From a virus, in IMG/VR virus record IMGVR_UViG_3300045988_103535: a stretch of 64,000 nt of DNA. One strand, given 5' to 3'. The stretch's first letter is position 1, and every line of letters begins with the position of its first letter. Below, one piece after another: positions 52,255 to 60,805 of this stretch. A program made the translations under genes and the position numbers. The notes beneath the pieces were generated by a model. That model was given only the letters and a program-made list of their open reading frames with translations. It had not been told where the DNA came from and did no database searches.

Positions 52255-53270
52255 TGAATTTAGCAACAAAATATAGACCTAAAAAATTCAATGATATAGT
52301 ATGTCAAGATAATGTAAAAATAGTTCTTCAAAATCAAATAGATACAAATGAATTTAAACAAGCATATTTATTTTGTGGAAGTGCTGGAACAGGAAAAACA
52401 ACAAGTGCAAGAATATTCGCCAATGAAATTAATAAAGGCGAAGGCAGAATTGTAGAAATAGACGGAGCTAGTAATAACGGTGTTGATAATATAAGAAACT
52501 TAATAGACAACTGTAAAATGAAGTCACTTGACGGAACATATAAAGTATTTATAATAGACGAAGTTCATATGCTAAGTATAGGAGCATTCAATGCACTACT
52601 AAAAATATTAGAAGAACCGCCAAAAGGTACAATTTTTATTTTATGTACAACTGACCCACAAAAAATACCTGCTACCATATTAAGTAGAGTACAAAGATTT
52701 GACTTCAAGAGAATACCAACTCAAAGAATAATGAATAGACTAACATATATAATAAAAAAAGAAAATCAAACTAGAACTGAACAAATTGAATATACAGATG
52801 AAGCATTACAATATATAGCACAACTTGCAGAGGGTGGAATGCGAGATGCCATAACAAAACTTGATACAGTATTAGGTTTTACTCAAAACATAACATCTGA
52901 AGCAGTTATAAAATGTTTGGGTTTAACTTCAACTCAATTTATATTAGAAATACTAGATAACATAATAGCTAAAGAACCTAAAAATATATTAGGAGCAATA
53001 GACACTATATTTTTAGAAGGTAAAGACTTGAAACTATTCATTAAAGACTCAATTAAAGTATTAATTGATGTAATAAAATGTCAAATGGGCAGTAGCAGTG
53101 TTAATATTCCACAATCTTGTCAAGCTAGAGTAACTAATATAATCGAACATAGTACACCTGGACAATTATTAAGTATATTAGATAGCTATAATAGTTTATA
53201 TTTTAAAATCAGATATGAACACAATCCAAAGATTTTCATAGAAAGCGAGATGTTGTACTTATGCAAATAA
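52254..53270 (+). CDS. clamp loader ATPase, DnaX (gamma/tau)-like
   Basis: Motifs 'KYRPKKFNDIVCQ', 'GSAGTGKTT', 'IIDEVHMLS', 'ALLKILEEPP' and 'ILSRVQRFDF'. Confidence 0.85.
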   Translation: MNLATKYRPKKFNDIVCQDNVKIVLQNQIDTNEFKQAYLFCGSAGTGKTTSARIFANEINKGEGRIVEIDGASNNGVDNIRNLIDNCKMKSLDGTYKVFIIDEVHMLSIGAFNALLKILEEPPKGTIFILCTTDPQKIPATILSRVQRFDFKRIPTQRIMNRLTYIIKKENQTRTEQIEYTDEALQYIAQLAEGGMRDAITKLDTVLGFTQNITSEAVIKCLGLTSTQFILEILDNIIAKEPKNILGAIDTIFLEGKDLKLFIKDSIKVLIDVIKCQMGSSSVNIPQSCQARVTNIIEHSTPGQLLSILDSYNSLYFKIRYEHNPKIFIESEMLYLCK

Positions 53271-54079
53271 TTGGAATGAACAACTGTAAAGAAATGTTAG
53301 CAAGAATGTCCAACATGCCTCATTTATCAATAATCTCAGCACCAAGAGGTGCTGGGAAATCTTTACTCATAAAAAGAATTGCAACTGAGAGAAAATTGAG
53401 ACTTCAATATATAGGTAATAAAATAGATAATATTAGAGAGTTAATTCAAGACTCAGTCGCATTGGAAGAGCCAACATTATTCGCAATTTCTGAAGGCGAT
53501 ACAATGTCAGTAGGAGCTAAAAATGCTTTACTAAAAATAACTGAGGAACCGCCTAAAAATTGTTATATTGCGATGGAAATAACAGACATAAACTCAGTAT
53601 TAGAAACTATAATATCAAGAGGAACTATATTTGAAATAGATAGATACTCATACCAAGATTTAAAAAAATATGCTATAGAAGTGTTAGGTATGAGTGATAA
53701 TGAAGACACTTCAAATATATGTCAAATAGCAACAACTCCAGGTGATGTAAAACTGTATTTAGAAGTTGGCTATAAAGATTGTTATAATTTCGCTGAAATG
53801 GTATTTAATAATATCATGAAGGTTACAACAGGTAACGCGTTCAAAATAAAAAATAGAATTAACTTTACAGGAAAAGGTGAAGGTTTCCCAGTTGATATGT
53901 TTTTTAATATGATGTTATTTATATGTCGAAAACATATAGATGACCCAAAAGCTTTATACATTATCGAATGCACAATAAAAGCATTGCACATGAGTAAAGT
54001 AAACGGAGCTAATAAAGAAATGGCATTTGATATATGGGTATTAGATTGTAGATTAAGAAGAGGTGAATATTATGCTTAA
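53261..54079 (+). CDS. clamp loader delta'-like subunit
   Basis: Motifs 'SAPRGAGKS', 'GAKNALLKITEEPP' and 'ETIISRG'. Confidence 0.6.
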   Translation: MQIIGMNNCKEMLARMSNMPHLSIISAPRGAGKSLLIKRIATERKLRLQYIGNKIDNIRELIQDSVALEEPTLFAISEGDTMSVGAKNALLKITEEPPKNCYIAMEITDINSVLETIISRGTIFEIDRYSYQDLKKYAIEVLGMSDNEDTSNICQIATTPGDVKLYLEVGYKDCYNFAEMVFNNIMKVTTGNAFKIKNRINFTGKGEGFPVDMFFNMMLFICRKHIDDPKALYIIECTIKALHMSKVNGANKEMAFDIWVLDCRLRRGEYYA

Positions 54080-54386
54080 AATAACAACTGAACAACAAAT
54101 ATTAGAAACAGCACTTGCATATGTTCATAGTTGTAAAATGTGTTTCGATTGGCAAAGTACTGAAAAGTGGGTTAGAATGTTTGCGAATAAAAGATATGAC
54201 ACTTTATATCAAATACAAAAAGACGACTTGGAAAATGTAATGCCAAGAAAATTTAGAAAGTTATTTGAGGACAGATTTACTCAAGGTATGATGAAGGAAA
54301 TAGAGGATAAACAACGAATTCATATAGCAAAAGAAAAAGCAGAGAAATCTAAGAAAAAAGCAATTCATAGAAAGGGGAAAAGATAA
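54072..54386 (+). CDS. hypothetical protein with basic C-terminus
   Basis: ATG at 54072 lies 7 nt after GAGGTG; the track GTG is at 54063. Confidence 0.5.
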   Translation: MLKITTEQQILETALAYVHSCKMCFDWQSTEKWVRMFANKRYDTLYQIQKDDLENVMPRKFRKLFEDRFTQGMMKEIEDKQRIHIAKEKAEKSKKKAIHRKGKR

Positions 54387-55316
54387 ATGGAATTAGTTGA
54401 ACTGAATAGACAATTAAGAACTAATAGCATAGGTAATTTCTATATCTTTACAGGAGATGAGATTGGACTTCAAAATGTGTATTTAAAACAATTCGGAGAA
54501 TATAAAAGAGTAGATACTGTTAGTGAAATATTAAGTAAATTAACTGCCAAAGGTTTTGGATTTAATAAAGGAGCAAAAGAAGTATATGTTGTTCGAGATG
54601 ATTTAGATTTTTTAACTAATAAACACCTAGAAGAAAATATTAAACAACTGGAGAAAGCGAAATTAGGAACTTTAGTAATTCAAATAACAAATGCTAATAA
54701 AAAGTCATCGTGGTATAAGACATTGAAGAATTATGTAGTGGAATTCAATAAATTAACTCCTACTCAACTTATACATCAAATACAACATTATAATCTAACA
54801 ACAAATAAAAAAACATTAGAATATTTCGTTGACGCATGTAATAATGATTTTACTACAATAATAAACGAGATAGATAAATATAAAAGGTTAAAAGAAGCTG
54901 GCGTTTATAAAGAGTTTACAATAGATACTCTAATTGATATGATGCCAGTAAAATATAATTATACTGTATTTGACTTAGTCGACATGGTATTGAGTAAAGA
55001 TATTCGAGCAATAGACGTAATGGATTATTTATTATCTCAAAATCAAAATCCGCTTGGGATATTATCATTATTGTATCAAAATATATCAAAAGCAATATTA
55101 GTAGTAGGTCATAAGGGTCAACAAAATATTACAGAAAAGACAGGTCTACCTTATTGGCAAGTGAAAAAAATACTCAATAATACTAGAGTAAGTCCACGTG
55201 GGTTACTTGCATCACTAAGGTTTATACAGCAATATGATACAGGAATAAAAACTGGAAAATATTCACCTGAAATTGGGTTACAATGTTGTATTTTAAATAT
55301 TTTATATTCTAATTAA
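54387..55316 (+). CDS. clamp loader delta (HolA)-like subunit
   Basis: 'FYIFTGDEIGLQNVYLKQF' is HolA-like at the N-terminus. ~310 aa. Adjacent to the DnaX and delta' genes. Confidence 0.55.
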   Translation: MELVELNRQLRTNSIGNFYIFTGDEIGLQNVYLKQFGEYKRVDTVSEILSKLTAKGFGFNKGAKEVYVVRDDLDFLTNKHLEENIKQLEKAKLGTLVIQITNANKKSSWYKTLKNYVVEFNKLTPTQLIHQIQHYNLTTNKKTLEYFVDACNNDFTTIINEIDKYKRLKEAGVYKEFTIDTLIDMMPVKYNYTVFDLVDMVLSKDIRAIDVMDYLLSQNQNPLGILSLLYQNISKAILVVGHKGQQNITEKTGLPYWQVKKILNNTRVSPRGLLASLRFIQQYDTGIKTGKYSPEIGLQCCILNILYSN

Positions 55317-55324
55317 AATTAACG

Positions 55325-55354
55325 CCTGCTAGTTAACATTAATTAGCAGGTTTT
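55325..55354 (+). terminator. terminator whose loop carries the next promoter's GTTAACA
   Basis: CCTGCTA-gttaacattaat-TAGCAGG followed by TTTT. Confidence 0.6.
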
Positions 55355-55363
55355 GTATATAAC
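55332..55363 (+). promoter_or_regulatory. GTTAACA-type promoter (TATATAAC variant)
   Basis: GTTAACA-N17-TATATAACATATAA. Confidence 0.5.
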
Positions 55364-55396
55364 ATATAACAATAAAAAATAAGGAGGTTAAAAAAA

Positions 55397-55594
55397 ATGG
55401 ATAATAATCTCGTTGAATTAGTAAAAGCACTTAAATTAATTAAGGAAACTTGTGAATCTATATCAAGTAAGGAATGCGATATTATGCGAGAATTTGGAAA
55501 TTGTCCTATATATGAAATATTAGGAGATTGCACTCAAGAAGAAGTGCCGGAGGATTGGATTATAAAGGAGGAATTCAACAATGAAAATAAATAA
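55397..55594 (+). CDS. small Cys-containing hypothetical protein
   Basis: AAGGAGG SD. 65 aa. Confidence 0.5.
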   Translation: MDNNLVELVKALKLIKETCESISSKECDIMREFGNCPIYEILGDCTQEEVPEDWIIKEEFNNENK

Positions 55595-55832
55595 AGAGTA
55601 TGAAATATTAGTTGACTCTATAGGTACTTATATTTTAAGACAACATTATACATCAAAAGTAGGTACACCTACTTATAAAGATTTAGGATATTATAGAACA
55701 TTAGAACAAGTCAGAAAAGGCTTATTAAAACAAGAAATAGCAAAATCAGAATTAAAAGATGTTGATACTGTTATTGAATATATCAATAGAGCTATCGACT
55801 TAATAAAAGATATACCAGTTAAGGAGGTATAA
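55581..55832 (+). CDS. hypothetical protein
   Basis: AAGGAGG SD. 83 aa. Confidence 0.5.
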   Translation: MKINKEYEILVDSIGTYILRQHYTSKVGTPTYKDLGYYRTLEQVRKGLLKQEIAKSELKDVDTVIEYINRAIDLIKDIPVKEV

Positions 55833-55833
55833 T

Positions 55834-56550
55834 ATGTTTACATTACAAGATTTCAAAGTAAAGTTAGTAAATGGAGAAGAGGTTAAAAGTTTTATAAAGA
55901 AACATGGAGAATTCGCAGCTGTATGCTACAATACACCATTAGATAGAGCAGAAAAAGTTGGCGAACATTGTTTAAAAAGTGGTCATATGTCAGGTTCAAG
56001 ACATTTATTCTTTGTATTTGAACTAAAAACAGTACCTAGAAGTGCAGTCGACCAATTAGTTAGACATTATACAGGATTTGTTCCTAATGTACAAAGTTTA
56101 AGATATTGTAATAAAGACGGTAAAGTTAATATATATGCGGCACCTGAACTATTACAAAATGAATACATGGTAAAAACAATACAAGACCAAGAAAATATTG
56201 TAAATGCACAATATAATTATATTCAAACATATTTAGAAGAAGCAGGTATAACTGGAGAAAAAGCTAACGAAATAGCTAGAACTATACTGCCAATAGGTGT
56301 TGCTACTGAGTGCAGTATAGCTTGTAATATAGAGTCTTTAATACATTTAGCAAACCTTAGATTATGTACTAGAGCTGAATTACCAATTAGAACTATAATA
56401 AAACAAATGGTCGACCAGGTAGTTGAAGTTGAACCTAGATATAAACCATATTTAGTTCCTCAATGTAAAAAATTAGGTTATTGTCCAGAGAGCAATAAAA
56501 ATTGCCCTAGATACAAATTAAATAATAAGGAGGTCAAAAAGCATGAATAA
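55834..56550 (+). CDS. thyX: flavin-dependent thymidylate synthase ThyX
   Basis: 'SGHMSGSRHLFFVFELKTVPRSAVDQLVRHYTGFVPNVQSLRY' fits the ThyX core (RH..x8-S motif region). Confidence 0.8.
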   Translation: MFTLQDFKVKLVNGEEVKSFIKKHGEFAAVCYNTPLDRAEKVGEHCLKSGHMSGSRHLFFVFELKTVPRSAVDQLVRHYTGFVPNVQSLRYCNKDGKVNIYAAPELLQNEYMVKTIQDQENIVNAQYNYIQTYLEEAGITGEKANEIARTILPIGVATECSIACNIESLIHLANLRLCTRAELPIRTIIKQMVDQVVEVEPRYKPYLVPQCKKLGYCPESNKNCPRYKLNNKEVKKHE

Positions 56551-56698
56551 AAACACAATGAGTGCGAATGTAATAACAATAGGTGGAGTTGGAGCTATGC
56601 TAGCAATAGCAGGTTTAAGTTTACCTGTTAGTGGAGTTATAATGGCGTACACAGTAGCAGGTTGTTATCATTTATCTAAAAAGGAGGTAACTAAATAA
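56543..56698 (+). CDS. 51-aa membrane micro-protein (not in ORF track)
   Basis: AAGGAGG SD. Translates to MNKNTMSANVITIGGVGAMLAIAGLSLPVSGVIMAYTVAGCYHLSKKEVTK. The stop overlaps the next ATG (TAATG). Confidence 0.35.
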   Translation: MNKNTMSANVITIGGVGAMLAIAGLSLPVSGVIMAYTVAGCYHLSKKEVTK

Positions 56699-56973
56699 TG
56701 AATACATCAAAATTAGTTGATTTATCAGTTGAAGACAGAACAGAATATATTTCAGATATGTGCGTACTTGCACAACATATACAAGATTTAACTCTTAAAT
56801 TGCAAATTAAAATAAGCACAGTTAAACAATACATGGAAGAAGAAGGTGTTGATAAAATATTTACTGAGTGCGGAACTATACTATATATGGCTTATGACAA
56901 AGATTTACTAAATAAAGATAAAACACTTCTAATCAAAATAAATGATATGCAAAAAGACGAAAATATATTATAG
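56698..56973 (+). CDS. hypothetical protein
   Basis: AAGGAGG SD. 91 aa. Confidence 0.5.
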   Translation: MNTSKLVDLSVEDRTEYISDMCVLAQHIQDLTLKLQIKISTVKQYMEEEGVDKIFTECGTILYMAYDKDLLNKDKTLLIKINDMQKDENIL

Positions 56974-57004
56974 AATGCAAATTAAAGGCATGGAGGATTA
57001 ATTT

Positions 57005-57337
57005 ATGAAAAAAGAGTTATACAATTCAATAATATCACAAATGAGTAAAACATATGAAGCTAAAAATGTTGACTATGGAGACTCAGTTGGCGACACATAT
57101 AATAAATTCGGAGATGTATCATTCTTAACTAGAATTACTGACAAATACAATAGAATATTATCATTGTCAAATAAAGGCGAATGTGGAGAAGTAAAAGACG
57201 AGAAATTAGACGATACAATATTAGACTTAGCTAATTATTGTGTTCTATGGTTAGTTGAGAGAGAATATAAATCAACTCCAAAATCTGAAACTTTAGCTGG
57301 ACTGACTAAAACATTTTTAAAAAGTTCTTATAAATAA
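57005..57337 (+). CDS. DUF1599-like helical protein (nucleotide-modification-associated family)
   Basis: 'AKNVDYGDSVGDTYNKFGDVSFLTRITDKYNRILSL...DDTILDLANYCVLWL' resembles the DUF1599 pattern. By-eye call. Confidence 0.4.
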   Translation: MKKELYNSIISQMSKTYEAKNVDYGDSVGDTYNKFGDVSFLTRITDKYNRILSLSNKGECGEVKDEKLDDTILDLANYCVLWLVEREYKSTPKSETLAGLTKTFLKSSYK

Positions 57338-57369
57338 GTTAACATAAATTATATAAAAAAGTATATAAT
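57338..57369 (+). promoter_or_regulatory. GTTAACA-type promoter
   Basis: GTTAACA-N17-TATATAATATATAC. Confidence 0.5.
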
Positions 57370-57406
57370 ATATACAAATAAAAAATAAAACCTAGGAGGT
57401 AACAAA

Positions 57407-57814
57407 ATGATAGAAGTTAAAGAATTAGAATTAACTCAAGACCAATGCGAGGAAATAATAGGAGCCGCAGAAAACAAAGTAGATGAAATATTAAAAGGTG
57501 GTATAGACGAAGTATTAGCAAAAACATTATTTATTTCACCAAAACAAAGAACAGCTTATTTACACGATAAAGCATTAGAACAAATGCAAATAAATGTATT
57601 CTTAAAAACTTTAAAAGTTCATGATGCAATAACAGATATATGTGAGTTAGAAAATGAATATAGTGTAATAACTGAAGGCGAACAAGCACAATATGCAATA
57701 GATAGATATAATAGATATGTAGATTTACACAATGACTATGTTTGTCAAATATTAGTAGAATTAGCACTTGATATATTAGATGAAGACGAAATACAAGAAA
57801 TTTTACAAAAATAA
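57407..57814 (+). CDS. acidic hypothetical protein
   Basis: TAGGAGG SD. 135 aa, D/E-rich. Confidence 0.55.
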   Translation: MIEVKELELTQDQCEEIIGAAENKVDEILKGGIDEVLAKTLFISPKQRTAYLHDKALEQMQINVFLKTLKVHDAITDICELENEYSVITEGEQAQYAIDRYNRYVDLHNDYVCQILVELALDILDEDEIQEILQK

Positions 57815-57842
57815 GTATAAATTTTAAATCACAAAATGACTT

Positions 57843-57868
57843 AGAGGCGGTCAATAAATGCCTCTTTT
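57843..57868 (+). terminator. hairpin terminator
   Basis: AGAGGC-N11-GCCTCT followed by TTTTAAT. Confidence 0.5.
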
Positions 57869-57894
57869 AATATATTATAAAAGGAGTGAACGTA

Positions 57895-58431
57895 ATGAAT
57901 AAATCATTAATAGCAATTTTAGCAGGTGTGGCAATATCAATAACAGGTTGTACAAATGCAGGAGAATCAACTGTAAGTGATTATGAACAAGGCGGTTATT
58001 TTAAAGAAGAACAACAGATAGAACAACAAAAAGAAGTTGAGAAACCAAAAGCAAATACTAATACAACTCAACATACAAAAATAAACGACAAGCAACAGAC
58101 AGAAAGCAAACATAACAGTAATAGAGTAAATAATCAACAACAAAATAAAAAATCTACAAAAGGCGTAGACAAAGTTAAACGTAATTCAGAAAGTTCAGAA
58201 GAACCTAAACATAATAATCAATCAACACAAGAGAATACTCAACAAAATACACAACAAGAAGCAACAGATACAACTTGTACAATATGCGGACGTCCAATAT
58301 ACAATGGCGACGACATTGTTGAGCGAGATGATTTTCCAGTAGACGATGGCACAGGACATTATATATATGGAGCATTTATAGCTCATAGAGAATGCTATGA
58401 ACGTGAATTTGCGAATGGTTATCGTCCATAA
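57895..58431 (+). CDS. lipoprotein with Q/N-rich linker and C-terminal Cys/His domain
   Basis: Signal peptide plus lipobox 'LAGVAISITGC'. ATG at 57895 lies after AAGGAG. C-terminus has 'CTICGRP...HRECYE'. Confidence 0.65.
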   Translation: MNKSLIAILAGVAISITGCTNAGESTVSDYEQGGYFKEEQQIEQQKEVEKPKANTNTTQHTKINDKQQTESKHNSNRVNNQQQNKKSTKGVDKVKRNSESSEEPKHNNQSTQENTQQNTQQEATDTTCTICGRPIYNGDDIVERDDFPVDDGTGHYIYGAFIAHRECYEREFANGYRP

Positions 58432-58441
58432 ATTATATTAA

Positions 58442-58471
58442 ATACTCCCTTTAATAGGGAGTATTTTTTTT
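58442..58471 (+). terminator. rho-independent terminator
   Basis: ATACTCCCT-ttaat-AGGGAGTAT followed by T8. Confidence 0.8.
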
Positions 58472-58473
58472 AT

Positions 58474-58487
58474 TTAACAATTGTTAA
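58474..58487. promoter_or_regulatory. perfect 14-bp palindrome TTAACAATTGTTAA just upstream of early promoter copy 3
   Basis: The palindrome ends 19 bp before the TTGACT -35. Its half-site resembles that of the 29465-29482 palindrome. Confidence 0.4.
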
Positions 58488-58506
58488 ATAAATTTATGCA
58501 AAACAC

Positions 58507-58535
58507 TTGACTTATTACATACAAAAGTATATAAT
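58507..58535 (+). promoter_or_regulatory. early sigma-A-type promoter, repeat copy 3
   Basis: TTGACT-N17-TATAAT with the same AATAAATTTATGCAAAACAC upstream block as copy 2. Confidence 0.75.
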
Positions 58536-58573
58536 ATAAGTATAATAAGAAATAAGGAAAGAGGTTAAGGAAA

Positions 58574-58945
58574 ATGAAAAAACAAATAGTATTAGAAGGT
58601 TTAAACAAAAAAGAAATAAGAAAACAAATGCATAACTTAGAAGAAAAAGGAATATACTTTGGAAAATGTATAGCAACAGCAGAACAAGATGGAATAATAA
58701 CAATGACATTTAGAGTGGAAAATCAATTTATGGATACAGAAGAATACAACAAATTAGTAGAAGTAGAACATGACCCAAGAATAACAACAGGCGCAAGAGT
58801 AAGAGTTAAAACAACTGGAGAAGAATTTACATTAGCTAGATTATATGAATACTCAAGAAGTCATAAAGTCGTTTATTGTACATCAGACGGAAGAAAATGG
58901 ACTCCAAATACAGTATATAAAAGATGTGAATATATAGGTCAATAA
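58574..58945 (+). CDS. hypothetical early protein
   Basis: First gene after promoter copy 3. 123 aa. Confidence 0.6.
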   Translation: MKKQIVLEGLNKKEIRKQMHNLEEKGIYFGKCIATAEQDGIITMTFRVENQFMDTEEYNKLVEVEHDPRITTGARVRVKTTGEEFTLARLYEYSRSHKVVYCTSDGRKWTPNTVYKRCEYIGQ

Positions 58946-58951
58946 AATAAG

Positions 58952-58980
58952 TTAGGGTTTGAGGTTATCCCTAAAACCTC
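58952..58980 (+). promoter_or_regulatory. conserved intercistronic hairpin element, copy 2
   Basis: TTAGGG...CCCTAA and GAGGTT...AACCTC (overlapping alternatives), then TAATATAAAAATAAAGGGGGATAT. Confidence 0.4.
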
Positions 58981-59010
58981 TAATATAAAAATAAAGGGGG
59001 ATATATAAAA

Positions 59011-60036
59011 ATGAAAAAAGAAATTAAATTAACTCAAAAACAAGAACAAGTAATAAATAGCTTAAATGAAATGTTAGCAAAAACAGAATATGAAGTACAA
59101 CCTGTATCAGACACATATACTTATATGACAGCAGTTGCGAAGATAGTTTCTCACAGATGGTTCGATAGAACTTTTAAAGCATTAATAGAAAAAGGGTTAG
59201 TAGAAAAAGTTGATGCAGTAATAGAAATAACAAAAGGCGTACACGCTGGAAAAACAATAAAAACATATGGATATATTTTAACAGATTTAGGTTTTGAATA
59301 TTTAGGTATAGATAACCCAAATAAAACTGAGGAACAAAACCTACAAAATAATAATGAGTTAGTAGAAAGCTTATTTAAGTTACAACCTGTAGTTGATACA
59401 CCTGCAGAAACTGAATTAAGTCAGTATAAAAATAAACCTGAATATTCAATATATCCCGAAAATATAAACAGTCTTGATAAAGTTAAAGAGGTCGTAGGTA
59501 TAGTATTAAATGATGTATTATCAAAGAAACATCAACAACTATTACTAGACGAAATACATGATGGATATTTTAAAGTAACATTCAATTCTAGACTTAGAAC
59601 TTCATTAGGTAGATGTTGTGAGACTGCTAGATATGGAAAACGCCATATAAGATGTATTGAATTTAGTTCAAATTATATAAAATATGAACCTGACAATAAT
59701 TTAAAAATAGATACTATAATACATGAAATATGTCATGCGGTAACAGATTTAGAAACTGAAGAATCTAATATGCATGGACCTAAATGGCAAGCTAATTGTA
59801 TCAAATATGGGTGTAGTCCAACAACCAGGGATAAAATAGTACATTATAAAGAGGTAATGTGGAAAAAAGGTCTTATATCTCATAGACTTGTATGTGTAGA
59901 CTGCGATAAAGTAATCCAGTATGTAAACAATCCAAGTAAAAGTTATATATACAACGTATTACATCATTACTATTATCATAAACAATGCGGTGGACATCGT
60001 TTAATATTAGAAACAAATCCAGTTAACAATAAATAG
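59011..60036 (+). CDS. SprT-like zinc metalloprotease with N-terminal winged-helix-like region
   Basis: Contains 'TIIHEICHAV...HGPKWQ' and C-terminal 'CVDCDK...HKQCGGH'. The N-terminal part has 'FKALIEKGLVEKVD'. Confidence 0.7.
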   Translation: MKKEIKLTQKQEQVINSLNEMLAKTEYEVQPVSDTYTYMTAVAKIVSHRWFDRTFKALIEKGLVEKVDAVIEITKGVHAGKTIKTYGYILTDLGFEYLGIDNPNKTEEQNLQNNNELVESLFKLQPVVDTPAETELSQYKNKPEYSIYPENINSLDKVKEVVGIVLNDVLSKKHQQLLLDEIHDGYFKVTFNSRLRTSLGRCCETARYGKRHIRCIEFSSNYIKYEPDNNLKIDTIIHEICHAVTDLETEESNMHGPKWQANCIKYGCSPTTRDKIVHYKEVMWKKGLISHRLVCVDCDKVIQYVNNPSKSYIYNVLHHYYYHKQCGGHRLILETNPVNNK

Positions 60037-60053
60037 TAAAAATTGTATATAAT
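60022..60053 (+). promoter_or_regulatory. GTTAACA-type promoter
   Basis: GTTAACA within the last codons of the SprT-like gene, then N17, then TATATAATATATAAGT. Confidence 0.5.
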
Positions 60054-60122
60054 ATATAAGTTGCTACTGAGTTTCAACTATAAATAGAACTCAACAGAAT
60101 ATATAATTAGGGGTGAATAGAT

Positions 60123-60446
60123 ATGGCATATAACATTGAAGGAATACCTTTTTATATTATTTCTCAAAACAAAAGAATATCAAGAGAAATAACAAGTAAA
60201 TATCAAGTTTATGGCGAGCTAATAAATTTAGGTTGTATATTTACAACTCCACAGCGTAATAAAATAGATAATTGTCTTACACAAAACATCATTCTAAAAG
60301 TGTTAGGTGTACATGATACAAAAGAGATACAAACTTGTAAATATATCTATAATGCACATGAAATACTGCCATTAAGAATAGTACTTAAAAAAGACATCGG
60401 AGAAATAGACCCAAGAATATTATTAGACTCAAATAAGGAGGTGTAA
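60123..60446 (+). CDS. hypothetical protein
   Basis: AGGGGTGA SD. 107 aa. Confidence 0.55.
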   Translation: MAYNIEGIPFYIISQNKRISREITSKYQVYGELINLGCIFTTPQRNKIDNCLTQNIILKVLGVHDTKEIQTCKYIYNAHEILPLRIVLKKDIGEIDPRILLDSNKEV

Positions 60447-60448
60447 TT

Positions 60449-60538
60449 ATGAATAATATAACATTACTTAGAATAATAGCAACAATAAACCCAACAATGA
60501 CATTTGGTGAATTATTAGAAGGGTTAAAAAGATGTTAG
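60449..60538 (+). CDS. 29-aa micro-ORF
   Basis: AAGGAGGTG SD. Translates to MNNITLLRIIATINPTMTFGELLEGLKRC. Speculative. Confidence 0.25.
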   Translation: MNNITLLRIIATINPTMTFGELLEGLKRC

Positions 60539-60621
60539 TTGTAATAGCAGTATTAATAGTACTGTTAGTATTAGAAGTTATTATAGAAATAAAATATTTT
60601 AAGGAGGACAAATATGAGTAG
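60532..60621 (+). CDS. 29-aa hydrophobic micro-ORF
   Basis: Translates to MLVVIAVLIVLLVLEVIIEIKYFKEDKYE. Overlaps both neighbours. Speculative. Confidence 0.25.
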   Translation: MLVVIAVLIVLLVLEVIIEIKYFKEDKYE

Positions 60622-60805
60622 AAGAAGAATATCAAACATCAGACAGGTAGATAGATTAGGTAGAATTTGTATACCTAAAGATATAAGAACTATGTTAGGT
60701 GTTACTGAAGAAACACTATTTACAGTAACCTATGATGTAGAAGAAAAAGAAATACGAGTTATTCCATTATCAGATGAAGTTTGCGAACAATTAAATATAA
60801 AATAA
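60614..60805 (+). CDS. AbrB/SpoVT-family DNA-binding protein
   Basis: 'VDRLGRICIPKDIRTMLGVTEETLFTV' is a typical swapped-hairpin AbrB motif. Confidence 0.7.
   Translation: MSRRRISNIRQVDRLGRICIPKDIRTMLGVTEETLFTVTYDVEEKEIRVIPLSDEVCEQLNIK

Noticed and set aside
58952-58980. An H-type pseudoknot formed by the interleaved TTAGGG/CCCTAA and GAGGTT/AACCTC pairings.
   Set aside because: The second and fourth strands are contiguous (zero-length connecting loop), which is sterically implausible for two 6-bp stems. They are more likely alternative hairpins.
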